Shown in pieces: positions 1 to 10,587 of a DNA stretch of 64,000 nt. The stretch's first letter is position 1, and every line of letters begins with the position of its first letter. The stretch is from an uncultured Chloroflexia bacterium (GTDB lineage: Bacteria; Chloroflexota; Anaerolineae; Anaerolineales; E44-bin32), in NCBI GenBank assembly GCA_963743255.1, contig CAVUPD010000009.1, forward strand, positions 221,827-285,826, given 5' to 3'. The position numbers and the translations under genes are program-made. The notes beneath the pieces are model-generated. The model was not told the DNA's origin. It made no database searches and saw nothing but the letters and a program-made list of their open reading frames with translations.

Positions 1-665
1 CTCATCTCCTGGCAGTGACCGTCGAGGATCAGCAGGGGGTTCGCGGAGTCTCCGCGCCGACCAGCGTATCGATCGAGGTGGTGCCTCCGCCTCGAGGCCT
101 GGCTGTGCTCCGGCCCGCCCTCACGCCGTTTCTGGCGGCAATCGGCCTGCTCCTGGTGGGCGTCGTCGCGACCGCCGCCTGGATCTCGACGCGCCGCAAG
201 TTGGGCGGGCCGCGCCAAGCCTCAGCCACCCGGAGCTTCCGCCGCCCGACGCTCCGGCGCGCCCGCTTACAGCGCATCGAGGAAAGCACGCGCACCGAAG
301 CCTTCCTGCTCTGGGAGGGTGAGGCCGGCGATCCGATCCCGCTGATCGGAGTCGACCTGACCTTCGGGCGCGATGCTGCCCTGGCGTCGGTCGTACTCGA
401 CGACGCCTCGATCTCCGGGCTGCACGCCCGGCTGATCCGGCAGGCCGACGGCGGTTACATTCTCAAGGATCAGGGCTCGATCGGCGGCACCTACGTCAAT
501 TTCGACCCCCTACCCGAAGCGGGCCGTCGGCTGCAGCACGGCGACCGGGTGCACATCGGGCGGTTGTCTTTCCGGTTCCGCCTGGCGGATGCGCCCGCGC
601 CTCGCACCGTCCGCGTGACTTCCGCCGCCGAAACCGGCTTCCCGCCTAAGGAGCCCCGCGTATGA
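1..665 (+). CDS. Membrane-anchored FHA domain protein (5' part outside window)
   Basis: TM helix followed by FHA motifs (LTFGR, SISGLHARL, DQGSIGGTYVN, GDRVHIG); stop overlaps the next ATG. Confidence 0.85.
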   Translation, partial: HLLAVTVEDQQGVRGVSAPTSVSIEVVPPPRGLAVLRPALTPFLAAIGLLLVGVVATAAWISTRRKLGGPRQASATRSFRRPTLRRARLQRIEESTRTEAFLLWEGEAGDPIPLIGVDLTFGRDAALASVVLDDASISGLHARLIRQADGGYILKDQGSIGGTYVNFDPLPEAGRRLQHGDRVHIGRLSFRFRLADAPAPRTVRVTSAAETGFPPKEPRV

Positions 666-1583
666 TCCGGACTGATCGACCCCACCTCATCGTCGCCGCT
701 CAGAGCCATCCGGGGGAAACGGGGAAGAACAACGAGGATGCTTTCTCGGTTTCCAGCTACGCGTTGGAAGTCGGCAAGGTCCCGTCGCTGCTGGCGGTCG
801 TCGCCGATGGCATCGGGGGCCACCAGGCGGGTGAGGTCGCCGCGCAGCTGGCTGTCGAGACGCTCGTCCAGCGCGTGGCAGGCTCGACCGGGCGCGAGCC
901 GCTGCCGGTCCTGCGGACGGCGGTGGTGGAAGCAGGTCGCGCCATCCAACGCGCCGCTTCCGCCTCTCCCGATCATGAGGGCATGGGCTCGACGATCGCC
1001 GTCGCCTGGGAGATCGGCGGGAAGTTGTACACCGTCTACGTTGGCGATTTCGCGGATCTACTTCTTGCGCGGCGCTGGCCTGCACCGCCTGAGCATCGAT
1101 CACACCTGGATCCAGGAGGCCCTCGATCACGGCATCATCACCCCCGAGGAAGCCCGGAATCACCCGCATGCTCACGTCCTGCGGCGGCACCTGGGCGGGA
1201 CGCAGGATCCGCAACCCGATCTGCGCCTGCGGCTGCGGCCAGACGAGAGCGATGCGCGCGCGCAATCCAATCAAGGCCTGAGCCTGCGCGCGGGCGATCA
1301 GCTCCTGCTGTGCAGCGACGGCCTGACCGACCTGGTCACCGACGCCGAAATCCAGACCATCCTGGGCTCACATCCGCCAGCAACCGCCACCCAGACGCTG
1401 ATCGACCTGGCCCGGGCACGCGGCGGCCACGACAACATCACCGTCATCGTCGCCCTCGTCCCCGCTGCCCGGCGACGGCCACGGCCGCTCCTCCCGGGTC
1501 TCGTGTTGGCGCTGGCCTTGATGCTGATCCTGGTGGCGGCGGGCACGCTCGGGCTGTGGTGGCTCGGGCTCTGGCCCTGGTAG
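662..1583 (+). CDS. PP2C/PPM Ser/Thr protein phosphatase with C-terminal TM helix (frameshift ~1050)
   Basis: NEDA, VADGIGGH, MGST, VGD in ORF 662; DHTW, LLCSDGL, GGHDNIT in ORF 738..1583. Confidence 0.9.
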
Positions 1584-1650
1584 GTCGCTGGATCACTTCT
1601 CCCCGGCAATAGGAAGGAAGGGCGGGGAGCTGAAGCACAGGAGGTCAGCC

Positions 1651-2267
1651 ATGCCCTCCACCAAGAATCTTCCTGCGCTCACGCGTCAGGCACTGGAAGA
1701 TCCCGAGGTCCTGCGGCGTCTGCTTCGGTCGCTCCTTCCGGAAGAACATGAACCTGCAAGTGCGGGAGACCGCATTCAAGGCGCTCCTGCCGCTGGCCCT
1801 GGCGCAGCCGGAGGTTCTCCTGCCCCACTGGAGCGAGCTCGCCGGTCTGCTCAAGTCCGAGAAGGCCTTCGCCAAGTACCCGGCGGTCCACCTCCTTGCG
1901 GCGCTTGTACCGGCCGATCGGGAGCGGCGCTTCGACCGCTCGTTCAACGCATTCTTCTCGCTGCTGGAGGACGATGCGATCAGCGTTGCGGCGCACGTCG
2001 CCCGGTTGGCCGGCCCGATCGCCCGTGCCCGTCCGGACCTTGAGCCGCGCATCACTCGCCGGCTGTTGGCGTTGGACAAGAGTCACTTCGATCCGGGCCG
2101 CCGCGACCTGGTGAAGAGCTACGCCCTCGAGGCCTTCGGCGCCTATTTTGATCACTCAGCCCGCCGGGCTTCGATGCTCTCCTTCGCCCGCGCGATGTCG
2201 ACCTCCAAGAAGTCCACGCGCGGCAAGAGCCGCCAGGACCTTCCTCAAGGCGCACGCACCGGGTTAA
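1651..2267 (+). CDS. Hypothetical alpha-helical (HEAT/ARM-like) protein, frameshifts ~1730 and ~2200
   Basis: RBS GGAGG then ATG 1651; helical core in ORF 1748; plausible TAA at 2265-2267. Confidence 0.55.
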
Positions 2268-2346
2268 GCCTAAGCGCCGGCTCCGCCGTTAGAGGGGCAG
2301 GTGAGTCTGAGCAGAGGCGAGGTTGGAGCGGCGGATGGGTAGGATC

Positions 2347-3255
2347 TCAGGTCGTACGCGCTGCGCCTGAGTCGGGCGCCGCGCGGTTGACCATCCACAC
2401 GCCGACCAGAATCGCTGCTCCCCCGGCCAGCATCGGGCCGCTGATCGCCTCGCCCAGCATGGGCCAGGCCAGCAAGGCGGTGACCAGGGGGCCGAAATAA
2501 AGGAAGACGCCCGCCTGGGTGGCATCGATCCGGTCCAGTGCGTCATACCAGAACAGGTAAGCCAACCCCGAACAGCCCAGGCCCAGGAAGGCCATCGCCC
2601 ACCAGCCGTCGACGCTCAGGTGGAGAATCGCCTCCGCGCCTCCCGCGGCGCCGAGCCAGCCCAGGCTGAACGCCCAGCCAATGCCCATGACGTACAACAT
2701 CATCGTCACCGGGCGCAGTGCCGTCCCGGTCTGCATGAACCGCTTGCTCAAGATGGTGAAGACGGCCCAGTTGACGGCGCTGAACGCGATCAGTAGGTCA
2801 CCCGGCGTCCCGGCCGTGCCGGCCAGCAGGCCGCGGAGGTCACCGTTGCTGACCACGAGCGACACCCCGGCCGCCGCCAGCAGGATGCCTGAGACGCGCC
2901 ATCCCCCCATGCGCTCGTGCAGCACAAGCCAGCCGAGGATCGCAACGAAAATCGGAATCGAAGCGACGATCCACGACGTGACCGTGGCGGAGGAGCTTAA
3001 CAATCCGGTGGCCTGCAGCCATTGGTGGAGCGTGATCCCCAGAAAGCCCAAGAGCGCCAGCCAGGGAAGGTCGCGTGCGCGGGGCGCCTGGAGCTGACGC
3101 CGGGCGGCGGAGACGGCTGCCAGGACGGCGAGCCCGACGGCGAATCGCACCACCGTGATCGTCGCCGGGTTCAACTCGCGCAACAAGACCTTGAGGGCCA
3201 CGAACGACGCACCCCAGAAGGCGACCGTCAGGCCAAGGCCGATGTAGGCGCTCAT
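2347..3255 (-). CDS. DMT/EamA family transporter
   Basis: About 10 hydrophobic segments, FWGASF start motif, duplicated EamA pattern. Confidence 0.9.
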   Translation of the reverse strand: MSAYIGLGLTVAFWGASFVALKVLLRELNPATITVVRFAVGLAVLAAVSAARRQLQAPRARDLPWLALLGFLGITLHQWLQATGLLSSSATVTSWIVASIPIFVAILGWLVLHERMGGWRVSGILLAAAGVSLVVSNGDLRGLLAGTAGTPGDLLIAFSAVNWAVFTILSKRFMQTGTALRPVTMMLYVMGIGWAFSLGWLGAAGGAEAILHLSVDGWWAMAFLGLGCSGLAYLFWYDALDRIDATQAGVFLYFGPLVTALLAWPMLGEAISGPMLAGGAAILVGVWMVNRAAPDSGAARTT

Positions 3256-3432
3256 CGGTCAATCCCCACCTTGCACTCGTCCCCTCCGGTTCGCCCCACC
3301 CTTCAGCTTCGCTGCGCCGAGCTGCGGGACAACCTGAGCCCTTTCAGACGAGGGATGTACCCCAGGACAACACCGCCAGGCATCCGGTGCCCATCGCCTT
3401 CCGGCGGGAGGAGGGCAGCAGCTGCACGCCGG

Positions 3433-4451
3433 TCAACGTGTGATCGTCAGGCGGTAGATCGAGCGCTCGACCCCGCCGAGGCGGAATTTGTAGCCCTCGT
3501 CGCCGCGCAGGAAGTCGATCTCACGCCGCCCGTGCTCGATGGCCCACTGGATCAGCCGCCCGAGCAGAACCCAGCCGGGCGAGAGGGAAGCGTACGCCGG
3601 ATTCAACCCGGAGTTGTAGACCCACAGCCGGCCGCCGTAGTCGAAACTCCAGTACGCAGCCGCCGGGTCCGAGCCGACCTCCAGAAACGCGAGGTGCAGG
3701 CACCCGCAGTCGAAGGCCGCCTGCGTGAGCCCGAGGAAGTAGGCGCGCATCGTGTCGGTCAGGAAGGACGCTTTCGTCGGGTCCAGGGCCATCAACCCGA
3801 GAAACGCCTCGGCCTGCGCCTGGACATCATCCTGTGCCGTGACCAGGCGCAGGCGAACGCCGGAATCCGATTCATCGGCGCGACGCATCTTTCGCCGCAG
3901 CTCATGGCGCTGCTTCTTGTCCAGGCGATTGAGGTACGCCTCCCAGCCGCCGTCGAGGGAGACCACCGGGCACGGATCCAGCAACTGCCGGGCCGACTGC
4001 CAGCCGTGTTCGGACGCTGCCGTTTCGAGCGCATTGAGCGTCGGTGAAGCCTCCGGGAGGTTGTACAGGTCGAGGCCGGCGATCGAAGGCCTCGGCCTCG
4101 ATCGCCGAGAGCAGTGCCGAGGCCAACTCGGCGCTGCCCTGGGCCGGGACGATCAGGTCGAGGTAATCCGAGATCTCGAAGGAGCCGATCAGGTGCAGTC
4201 GCCCGTCGACGTGGGGGCCGCCGGGCCGGAACAGCGGGCACACGCCCTGGAGAACGCCTTGCTCGTCCCGCGCCGTTCCCAGCCATAGTTCCCCGGAGGG
4301 CCACTCGCCGCCCCCGAGGGACGACCACCATAGGCTTTGCACTTCGTGGCGGAGAAAGGGGACGCGGGTAGCGGCGCGGTCGAGCAGCGCGTTCCACTCG
4401 CCTGCCAGTCGCCTCGAAAGCCGAAGGGTGATGCTCAAAGGTCAACTGCAT
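3433..4451 (-). CDS. GNAT acetyltransferase of CelD/BcsL (Acetyltransf_6) type, two frameshifts
   Basis: EWNALL..PFLRHE, SDYLDLI, YNSGLNP..SLSPGWVL, IDFLRGDEGYKFRLG spread over three ORFs. Confidence 0.8.
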
Positions 4452-4546
4452 GCGGGTCTCGCACGAGGAACGGCTCATTCTACCAGCGGCGGCCCGCGTC
4501 TTGCACCTCGCGTTGCCAGCGCGGGAGGAACCTGTATACTAACGCC

Positions 4547-6656
4547 ATGCCTGGTTCGCTGGAAGCCGACGTCGCCTTTGTCCACATCGCCGGCGGTGCG
4601 GCGCGGGTCACCCCCCCGCCGGGAACGCTAGCCCAGACGGCGCCGCGCCGCGCGGCGCGCGGCCGCGGCGACGACATGCTGCTCCTGTGCCTGGGCGTCT
4701 CGTCCAGCCAGGCGCTGACGCCGGGGCTGGTCGACCACCTCGCGCGCCAGGCGGCGGACTCGTACTACACCACCAACGGCTCGGTGACGGCGGCGCTGCG
4801 CGCCGCGGCCGCCGTGGTCAACGACCACCTGCACGATTTGAATCAAACCGAAGCCGGAAGCCTGCGCGTCGCCGGGCGTCTGATGCTGGGTGTCCTGCGC
4901 GGCGGCGACTTGTATCTGGCGCAGGCTGGCGCCGGCCAGGCGATCCTCATCCGCCCCGGCCAGGTCAGCCGGCTGGGATCGGACGAAGCCGCTGACCGGC
5001 CGCTGGGCCAATCGGTGAGCCCCTTCCTGCGCTACCATCACCTCGAAGCGCAGAGCGGGGACGTCGTCCTGCTCACGCCGCACGCCGGCCCGCAGTGGGC
5101 CGATCCGACGCTGGGCGGCCTGCTGACGCTCGACCTGGCGCAGGCCGTCGAACGCCTGGGAGCCGCCAGCTCGAACGATCTGACGGGCTTGCTGTTCCGC
5201 ATCGCACAGCCGGGGATGGGCGGCCCCATGCCGCGCGCGACGCAGATGCCGGCTGCGGCTCCGAGCTCGCGCGCCCGGTCGGCCAAGCCGCGCCCGGAGC
5301 GCTCATTTGCCAGCATGGCATCCGTCGGCCGCGCCTTCGGCCCCGCGGGTCAGGCCGTGCAGTCGGCCTTCCAGTCTTTGGGCCAGCGCATGGTTTCGCT
5401 GCTGGCGCGGATGGCGCCCGGACTGGTGGAGCCCGGGCAGCCTGGCAGCCTGTCCCCTTCCGTGCTGGCGGGGACGGCCATCGCCGTCCCACTCGTGATC
5501 GTGATCCTGGCCAGCGTGATCTACTTCCAGCGCGGTCGCGGCGAGCAGTTCCAGGAGTACCTCGGCCAGGCACAGGCGGCCGTCGTGGCGGCGCAGCTGC
5601 AGGCCGATCCCCTGCAGGCGCGCTTCTACTGGGATCAGGCGCGCCAGTATCTCGACCAGGCCCAGCGCTACGGCGAGGGCGCCGACTACAGCATCCTGAC
5701 CACGCTCGTCGATCAATCGTTGGATACGATCGACAACATTGCCCACGTCGAGTACATACCGCTCTTCAGCGGCGGGTTCGGACGTGGGGCACACCTGACC
5801 TCGATGGCCGCCACGGCCAGCGATCTGTACGTCCTCGATTTCGGCCGGGCCCACGATCTACCACGCCTGGAACACCGGCCGCGGCTACGAGATCGACAAG
5901 GACTTCCGCTGCCTGAAGGGCAGCGACAGCGCGGCGGAGATGGGCGCGCCGGTGGCCATCGCCGCGCAGCCTGAGCCGGGTGCGCTGGGCGTTGCCGGCG
6001 TAGTGGCGCTCGATTCAGACGGGACGCTGTTGTACTGCGCCCCCGGCCAGACCCCGGCTACGAGCCAGCTGACACCGCCCGATACCGGCTTTGGCCGCAT
6101 CGACGCCATCGCCGTCTCGAACGATGTCCTCTTCGTCCTCGACCCCAAGGCCAATGCCGTGTGGCTGTACGACGCCTCCGGCGGCCTGTTCAGCGGCGCG
6201 CCGGGGATGTACTTCGCTGAGTCGGTCCCGGACCTCAAGGGCGCCGTCGACCTGGCCATGACCCAGGATGAGCTCTTCCTGCTGTACCAGAACGGCAAGC
6301 TCGATCGCTGCCAGCGCGAGCGCGAGGTAGCGGCCGGGGCGCTGCAGTCGATTCGCGTCGAGTGCGAGAAGGGCCTGACGTTCCAGGATGAACGCCCCGG
6401 CGGGGCAGCTTCGGATCACATCCCCGGCGCCGCGCCGATCACGATCGTCTACAGCGCGCCGCCGGAGCCTTCGCTCTACTTCCTCGACCTGCTGACCGGC
6501 GGGGTGTACCACTACAGCATGCGGCTGGCTTACCAGGGGCTGTACTTGCCGAGCCACGAACTCGAGGGCGAGGTGAGCTCCCTGGCGCTCGGACCGCCCA
6601 ACGACCTGTTCGTCGCCGCCGGATCGCAGGTGTACTACGTCGAACGTCTGCACTGA
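4547..6656 (+). CDS. Hypothetical membrane protein: degenerate PP2C-like N-domain, TM helix, extracellular beta-propeller-like domain (frameshift ~5845)
   Basis: LYLAQAGAGQAILIR...PLG...SGDVVLL resembles the PP2C fold; TM IAVPLVIVILASVIYF; repeated LYVLD/LFVLD/LYFLD blades. Confidence 0.6.
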
Positions 6657-6687
6657 CCCTGAGCCTCGCGTTCCCGGGCCGAGTGGG

Positions 6688-7618
6688 ATGACGTCCCGCT
6701 CGGCCTTTCGCGTCCCGCCCGTGGCGCTGGCAGAAGCGCTGCTCACCACGGCCATCTGGGGTTCTTCCTTCGTCGTGGCCAAAGTCGGCCTGCGCTCGAT
6801 AGGGCCGATCACCCTCGCAGGCCTGCGCTACTTCGTCGCCTTTCTGCTGCTCACGCCATTCCTCGCTCGTCGGCTTCGTTCGTCGGGCTGGCCGTCGCCG
6901 GCCCTATTGCGCAAGCTGGCGCTCCTGGGAATCTCGGCCTACCTGGTGGGCAACGGCTCCTTCTTCATCGCCCTGCAGGTCGTGCCATCGACGACGGTCT
7001 CCTTCCTGATGGGATTAATTCCGATCCTGATCCTGCTCGGCAGCCTGCTGTGGCTGAAGGAGAACCCGACCCGGTGGCAGGCCTTCGGGCTGGTGGTTTC
7101 GATGGCCGGGACGGTACTCTTCTTCCTGCCGGGGATGCAGGCGAATGTGTGGCGCGGCATTCCGATCCTCGGGCTGGGGATCCTCGGCTTCGGGTTCTTC
7201 GGGCTGCTCAGCCGGCTGATGGTCCGTGAGCGGCAGGTGGACTTATTGACACTGACGGCGATCCCGCTTGCCGTCGGTGGCGCCGGGCTGCTGGCGATCG
7301 GCTTACCGATAGAAGGTTTGCCGCAATCTGACGCCCGTCGGGCTGGGGATCGTCCTCTGGCTGGCGGTGGTCAACACCGCCATCGCCTACCTGCTCTACA
7401 ATCACGCCTTGCAGCACATGACTGCGCTGCAGATGAACCTGGTCCTCAACCTGTCGCCGTTTGTCACCGCGCTGCTGGCCCTGGCGGTCCTGGGCGAGCA
7501 ACTGGTCGCGGTGCAGTGGACCGGTATGGTCGTGGGAGCTGCCGGCGTGGCACTGGCGCAGCGCGGCCAGGCACCGCAATCGCCTTTGGGGACGTCCGCA
7601 CCGGTGGCGGGACCGTAG
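6688..7618 (+). CDS. DMT/EamA family transporter (frameshift ~7335)
   Basis: IWGSSF motif, hydrophobic helices; C-terminal half in ORF 7367..7618. Confidence 0.85.
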
Positions 7619-7690
7619 ACTCCCTCCCCCTCCCAGGGCCGCAGGTCGCCGGAGCGAAGCGGAGGGGAGTAGGGCCGGGGGTGGGAGTTC
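7618..7690. repeat. C-rich/G-rich palindromic intergenic element
   Basis: ctccctccccctccc...ggaggggagtagggccgggggtgggag, directly after a stop codon. Confidence 0.5.
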
Positions 7691-7803
7691 GGCGTCGCCG
7701 CGATCGCATGCTGCAGAACGCGTAGATGGCGCTTAAGGTTCTTTGACTTCTACCTGCGCCAAGGCTAGAATCAAGCTTCGAGCATGAGTGCGGAGGCGGT
7801 CCC

Positions 7804-8938
7804 TTGAGTTGCTGGGCGGGAAAGTACGTCATCGGGTTGACCGGCAACATCGCCACCGGCAAGAGCGTGGTGCGCAAGATGCTCGAGCATCTCGGCGCCT
7901 ACGGGATCGACGCCGACGCGCTTGGACACCGCGCCATCGCCAAGGGCGCGCCCGGCTACCCTCTGGTGCTGAAGGCGTTCGGCGAGTGGATCCTGGACGA
8001 GGAAGGCCAGATCGACCGCGGCCGCATGGCCAAGCTGGCCTTCTCCGATCCCTCGGCCCTCGAGCGTCTCGAGGCGATCATCCACCCGCTGGTGACGCAG
8101 GCCGTCGATCTGCTTATCCGCCGCGCCAAACAATCCGTCGTCGTGATCGAAGCGATCAAGATGCTGGAGACTGACCTGGCCGCCGGCTGCGACACGATCT
8201 GGGTGGTCGACGCCCCCGAAGAGATGCAAGTGGCGCGCCTGATGCACAAGCGCAACATGTCGGAAGCCGCCGCGCGGCAGCGCATCGCCGCCCAGCCTCC
8301 CCAGAGCCTCAAACTGCGCGCCGCCAAGGTCATCGTCCACAACGACGGCAACTTCGAGAATACCTGGGACCAGGTGCAGCTGGCCTGGACCAAGCTGCCC
8401 ACACCGGAAGAGCCGCTGCTTCCCACGCCGCCGCCTGTTCGCCCGGGGCAGATCGTCATCCGCCGCGGCCGGCCGCAGGACGCCGACGAGATCGCCCGTT
8501 TCGTCACGCGGGTCACGCACGGCAAGCGCCACATGACGCGCGGCGACGTGATGGCGTCTTTCGGCGAGAAGGCGTTCCTGCTGATCGAGCGGGACGGCAA
8601 GCTGGCCGGCGTTGCCGGCTGGCAGGTCGAGAACCTGGTTACGCGTATCGACGAGCTGTATTTCGAGGCCGGGGTCGCCCTCGACCAGGCCATCCCGGCG
8701 CTGATGGAGTTGGTCGAAACCGCCTCGTCCGAGCTGCAGAGCGAGGCGGCGCTGCTGTTCCTGCCGCCGTACCTGGCACAGCATGTCGGGTCGTGGCGTG
8801 CCGTCGGCTACCGTCCGCAGACCATTCAGGGCCTGGGCGTGCGCGCCTGGCAGGAAGCTGCCGTCGAGTTCGATGCCACGCGGTTCGTCGCTGTGGTTCA
8901 AGCGACTGCGCGACGACCGTGTGCTGCGCCCGATGTAG
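7804..8938 (+). CDS. coaE: Dephospho-CoA kinase fused to a C-terminal GNAT-like domain (frameshift ~8870)
   Basis: IGLTGNIATGKS, IDAD, LEAIIHP, EAIK, ARQRIAAQ; extra ~170 aa domain; corrected stop TAG 8936-8938. Confidence 0.88.
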
Positions 8939-8944
8939 CCGCCG

Positions 8945-9152
8945 GCCCCGACCCGACCCCCACCCCCCGCCCCTCCCCCTGCGGCCGCGAACCTTCGCGG
9001 CCGCAGGTGCGATGCAGGGGGAGGGGTGGCCCTTTTTCGTGTTGGCAGGGGCAGCGAAGCTCCCCCTGCCCAACACAGGTGGACGAACCCACATGCGAAT
9101 TGGGGTTTCGCGACGAGGCCGCCCTCCGGCCGGCGGGGGAGCGCAAACCCCA
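8945..9152. repeat. Multi-hairpin C/G-run palindromic element (same family as 39541-39731)
   Basis: cccctccccctgc...gcaggggagggg, ggcagggg...ccccctgcc and tggggttt...aaacccca stems. Confidence 0.6.
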
Positions 9153-9330
9153 GTGAGAGTTCCTGCGCGTGAGGACGCCCTCCGGCCGGCTGCTCAATCC
9201 CACGCCCAGACCACTCCCGATTGGTCGTGTGCCTTCGATCCATATCCGCGTCCAGGGAGGCCGCCGCGGCCGCAGAGCGCCACATGATCAACGACACGTT
9301 GGGGCGAGCAGAGTGCCGTTTGATAGGCCG

Positions 9331-9665
9331 CGTAGGGGCGAAGCACCGTTCGTGCCGCGAAGCACCCTGTTCGGGCCGGGGCTCGCGGCCCGAACAAGGT
9401 GCGAGACGGCATGCTTCGCCCCTACGGAACACGGGTGAGGCTTCCGCAGCCGCGGCGGGTCACCGATGAGCGTAGGGGCGGGTTTGAAACCCGCCCCTAC
9501 ACGCCGACGGCGCACGTATCCCGTTGCACGCGGTCATGCGAATGGAACGCGTAGGGGCGAAGCACCGTTCGTGCCGCGAAGCGACCCTGTTCGGGCGCGG
9601 GGCTCGCGGCCCGAACAGGGTGCGAGACGGCATGCTTCGCACCTACGGAACTTGGGCGAGGCCTC
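9331..9665. repeat. GTAG-type REP cluster (BIME/REPIN-like): two ~110 bp near-identical units flanking a single REP
   Basis: cgtaggggcgaagca...tgcttcgcccctacg at 9331-9426 and 9550-9647; gtaggggcgggtttgaaacccgcccctac at 9472-9500. Confidence 0.8.
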
Positions 9666-9669
9666 GCAC

Positions 9670-10583
9670 CTACTCCGATTCGCCGAGGCGAATGTGGCAG
9701 TACGACTCGTAGCGTTCGGGGCTCACCCGGCCGTGCTCTACGGCCGCGATCACCGCGCAGCCCGGCTCGTGCAGGTGCGTGCAGTCGTTGAAGGCGCAGT
9801 CGGCCACCAGCTCGCGCAGCTCGGGGAAATACCCATCGAGCTCTTCCGGCTCGATGTCCCAGCAGCGCGAAGGCACGCAGCCCGGGCGTGTCGGCCACGT
9901 ACCCGCCGACCTCCAGCGCCATCAGCTCGGGCACGACCGTGGTGTGTGTCCCTTTCCCGTATGCCTGGCTGACCTCGCCGGTGTGCAGCCCGAGGCCCGG
10001 CTGGATGGCGTTCAGCATGCTGGACTTGCCCACGCCTGACGGTCCGGCGAAGACCGAGATCTTTCCCGCCAACGCCTTGCGCAGTCCCTTGATGCCTTTG
10101 CCCGTCAGGGCGGAGACGTAATGCACCGGATAGCCGAGGCGCGCGTACTCGTCGAATTCGTCACGCGCGGCGCGTTCGACCACCAGGTCGATCTTGTTGG
10201 CGCACACCTGCGCCGGGATCTGCTCGCGCTCGGCCACCACCAGCAGGCGGTCGAGCATGCGAAAGTTGGGATCGGGGTCGGCGCAGGCGAAGACGAAGAC
10301 GACCTGGTCGGGGTTGGCGACGATCACCTGCTCGGCCTTGCGGCCCCGGCGCCTGGCGCGAGAGCACGCGCTGGCGCGGGGCCACGTCCTCGATGCTGCC
10401 GGTCCCATCCGCCAACCGGGTCACATGCACCCGGTCCCCGACGGCGGCGGCATCGCCGGTACGCGGCCCGCGCTTGAGCTTGCCGCGCAGCTGGGCCACG
10501 ATGCGGCCCTCGTCCGTCGCCACTTCGAAGAACCCCGACTGGGCGCGAACGATCAGTCCGGGGACGATGTCCGGTTCGGGCAT
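9670..10583 (-). CDS. rsgA: Ribosome small subunit-dependent GTPase A (two frameshifts)
   Basis: AVGDRV, NKID, GPSGVGKSS, GTHTT, DTPG, CAFNDCTHLHEPGCAV zinc motif. Confidence 0.93.
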
Positions 10584-10587
10584 ACCG

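Noticed and set aside
9331-9665. Duplicated ~110 bp segment as a DGR template/variable repeat pair
   Set aside because: Non-coding and palindromic, differences include indels and are not adenine-specific, and there is no reverse transcriptase
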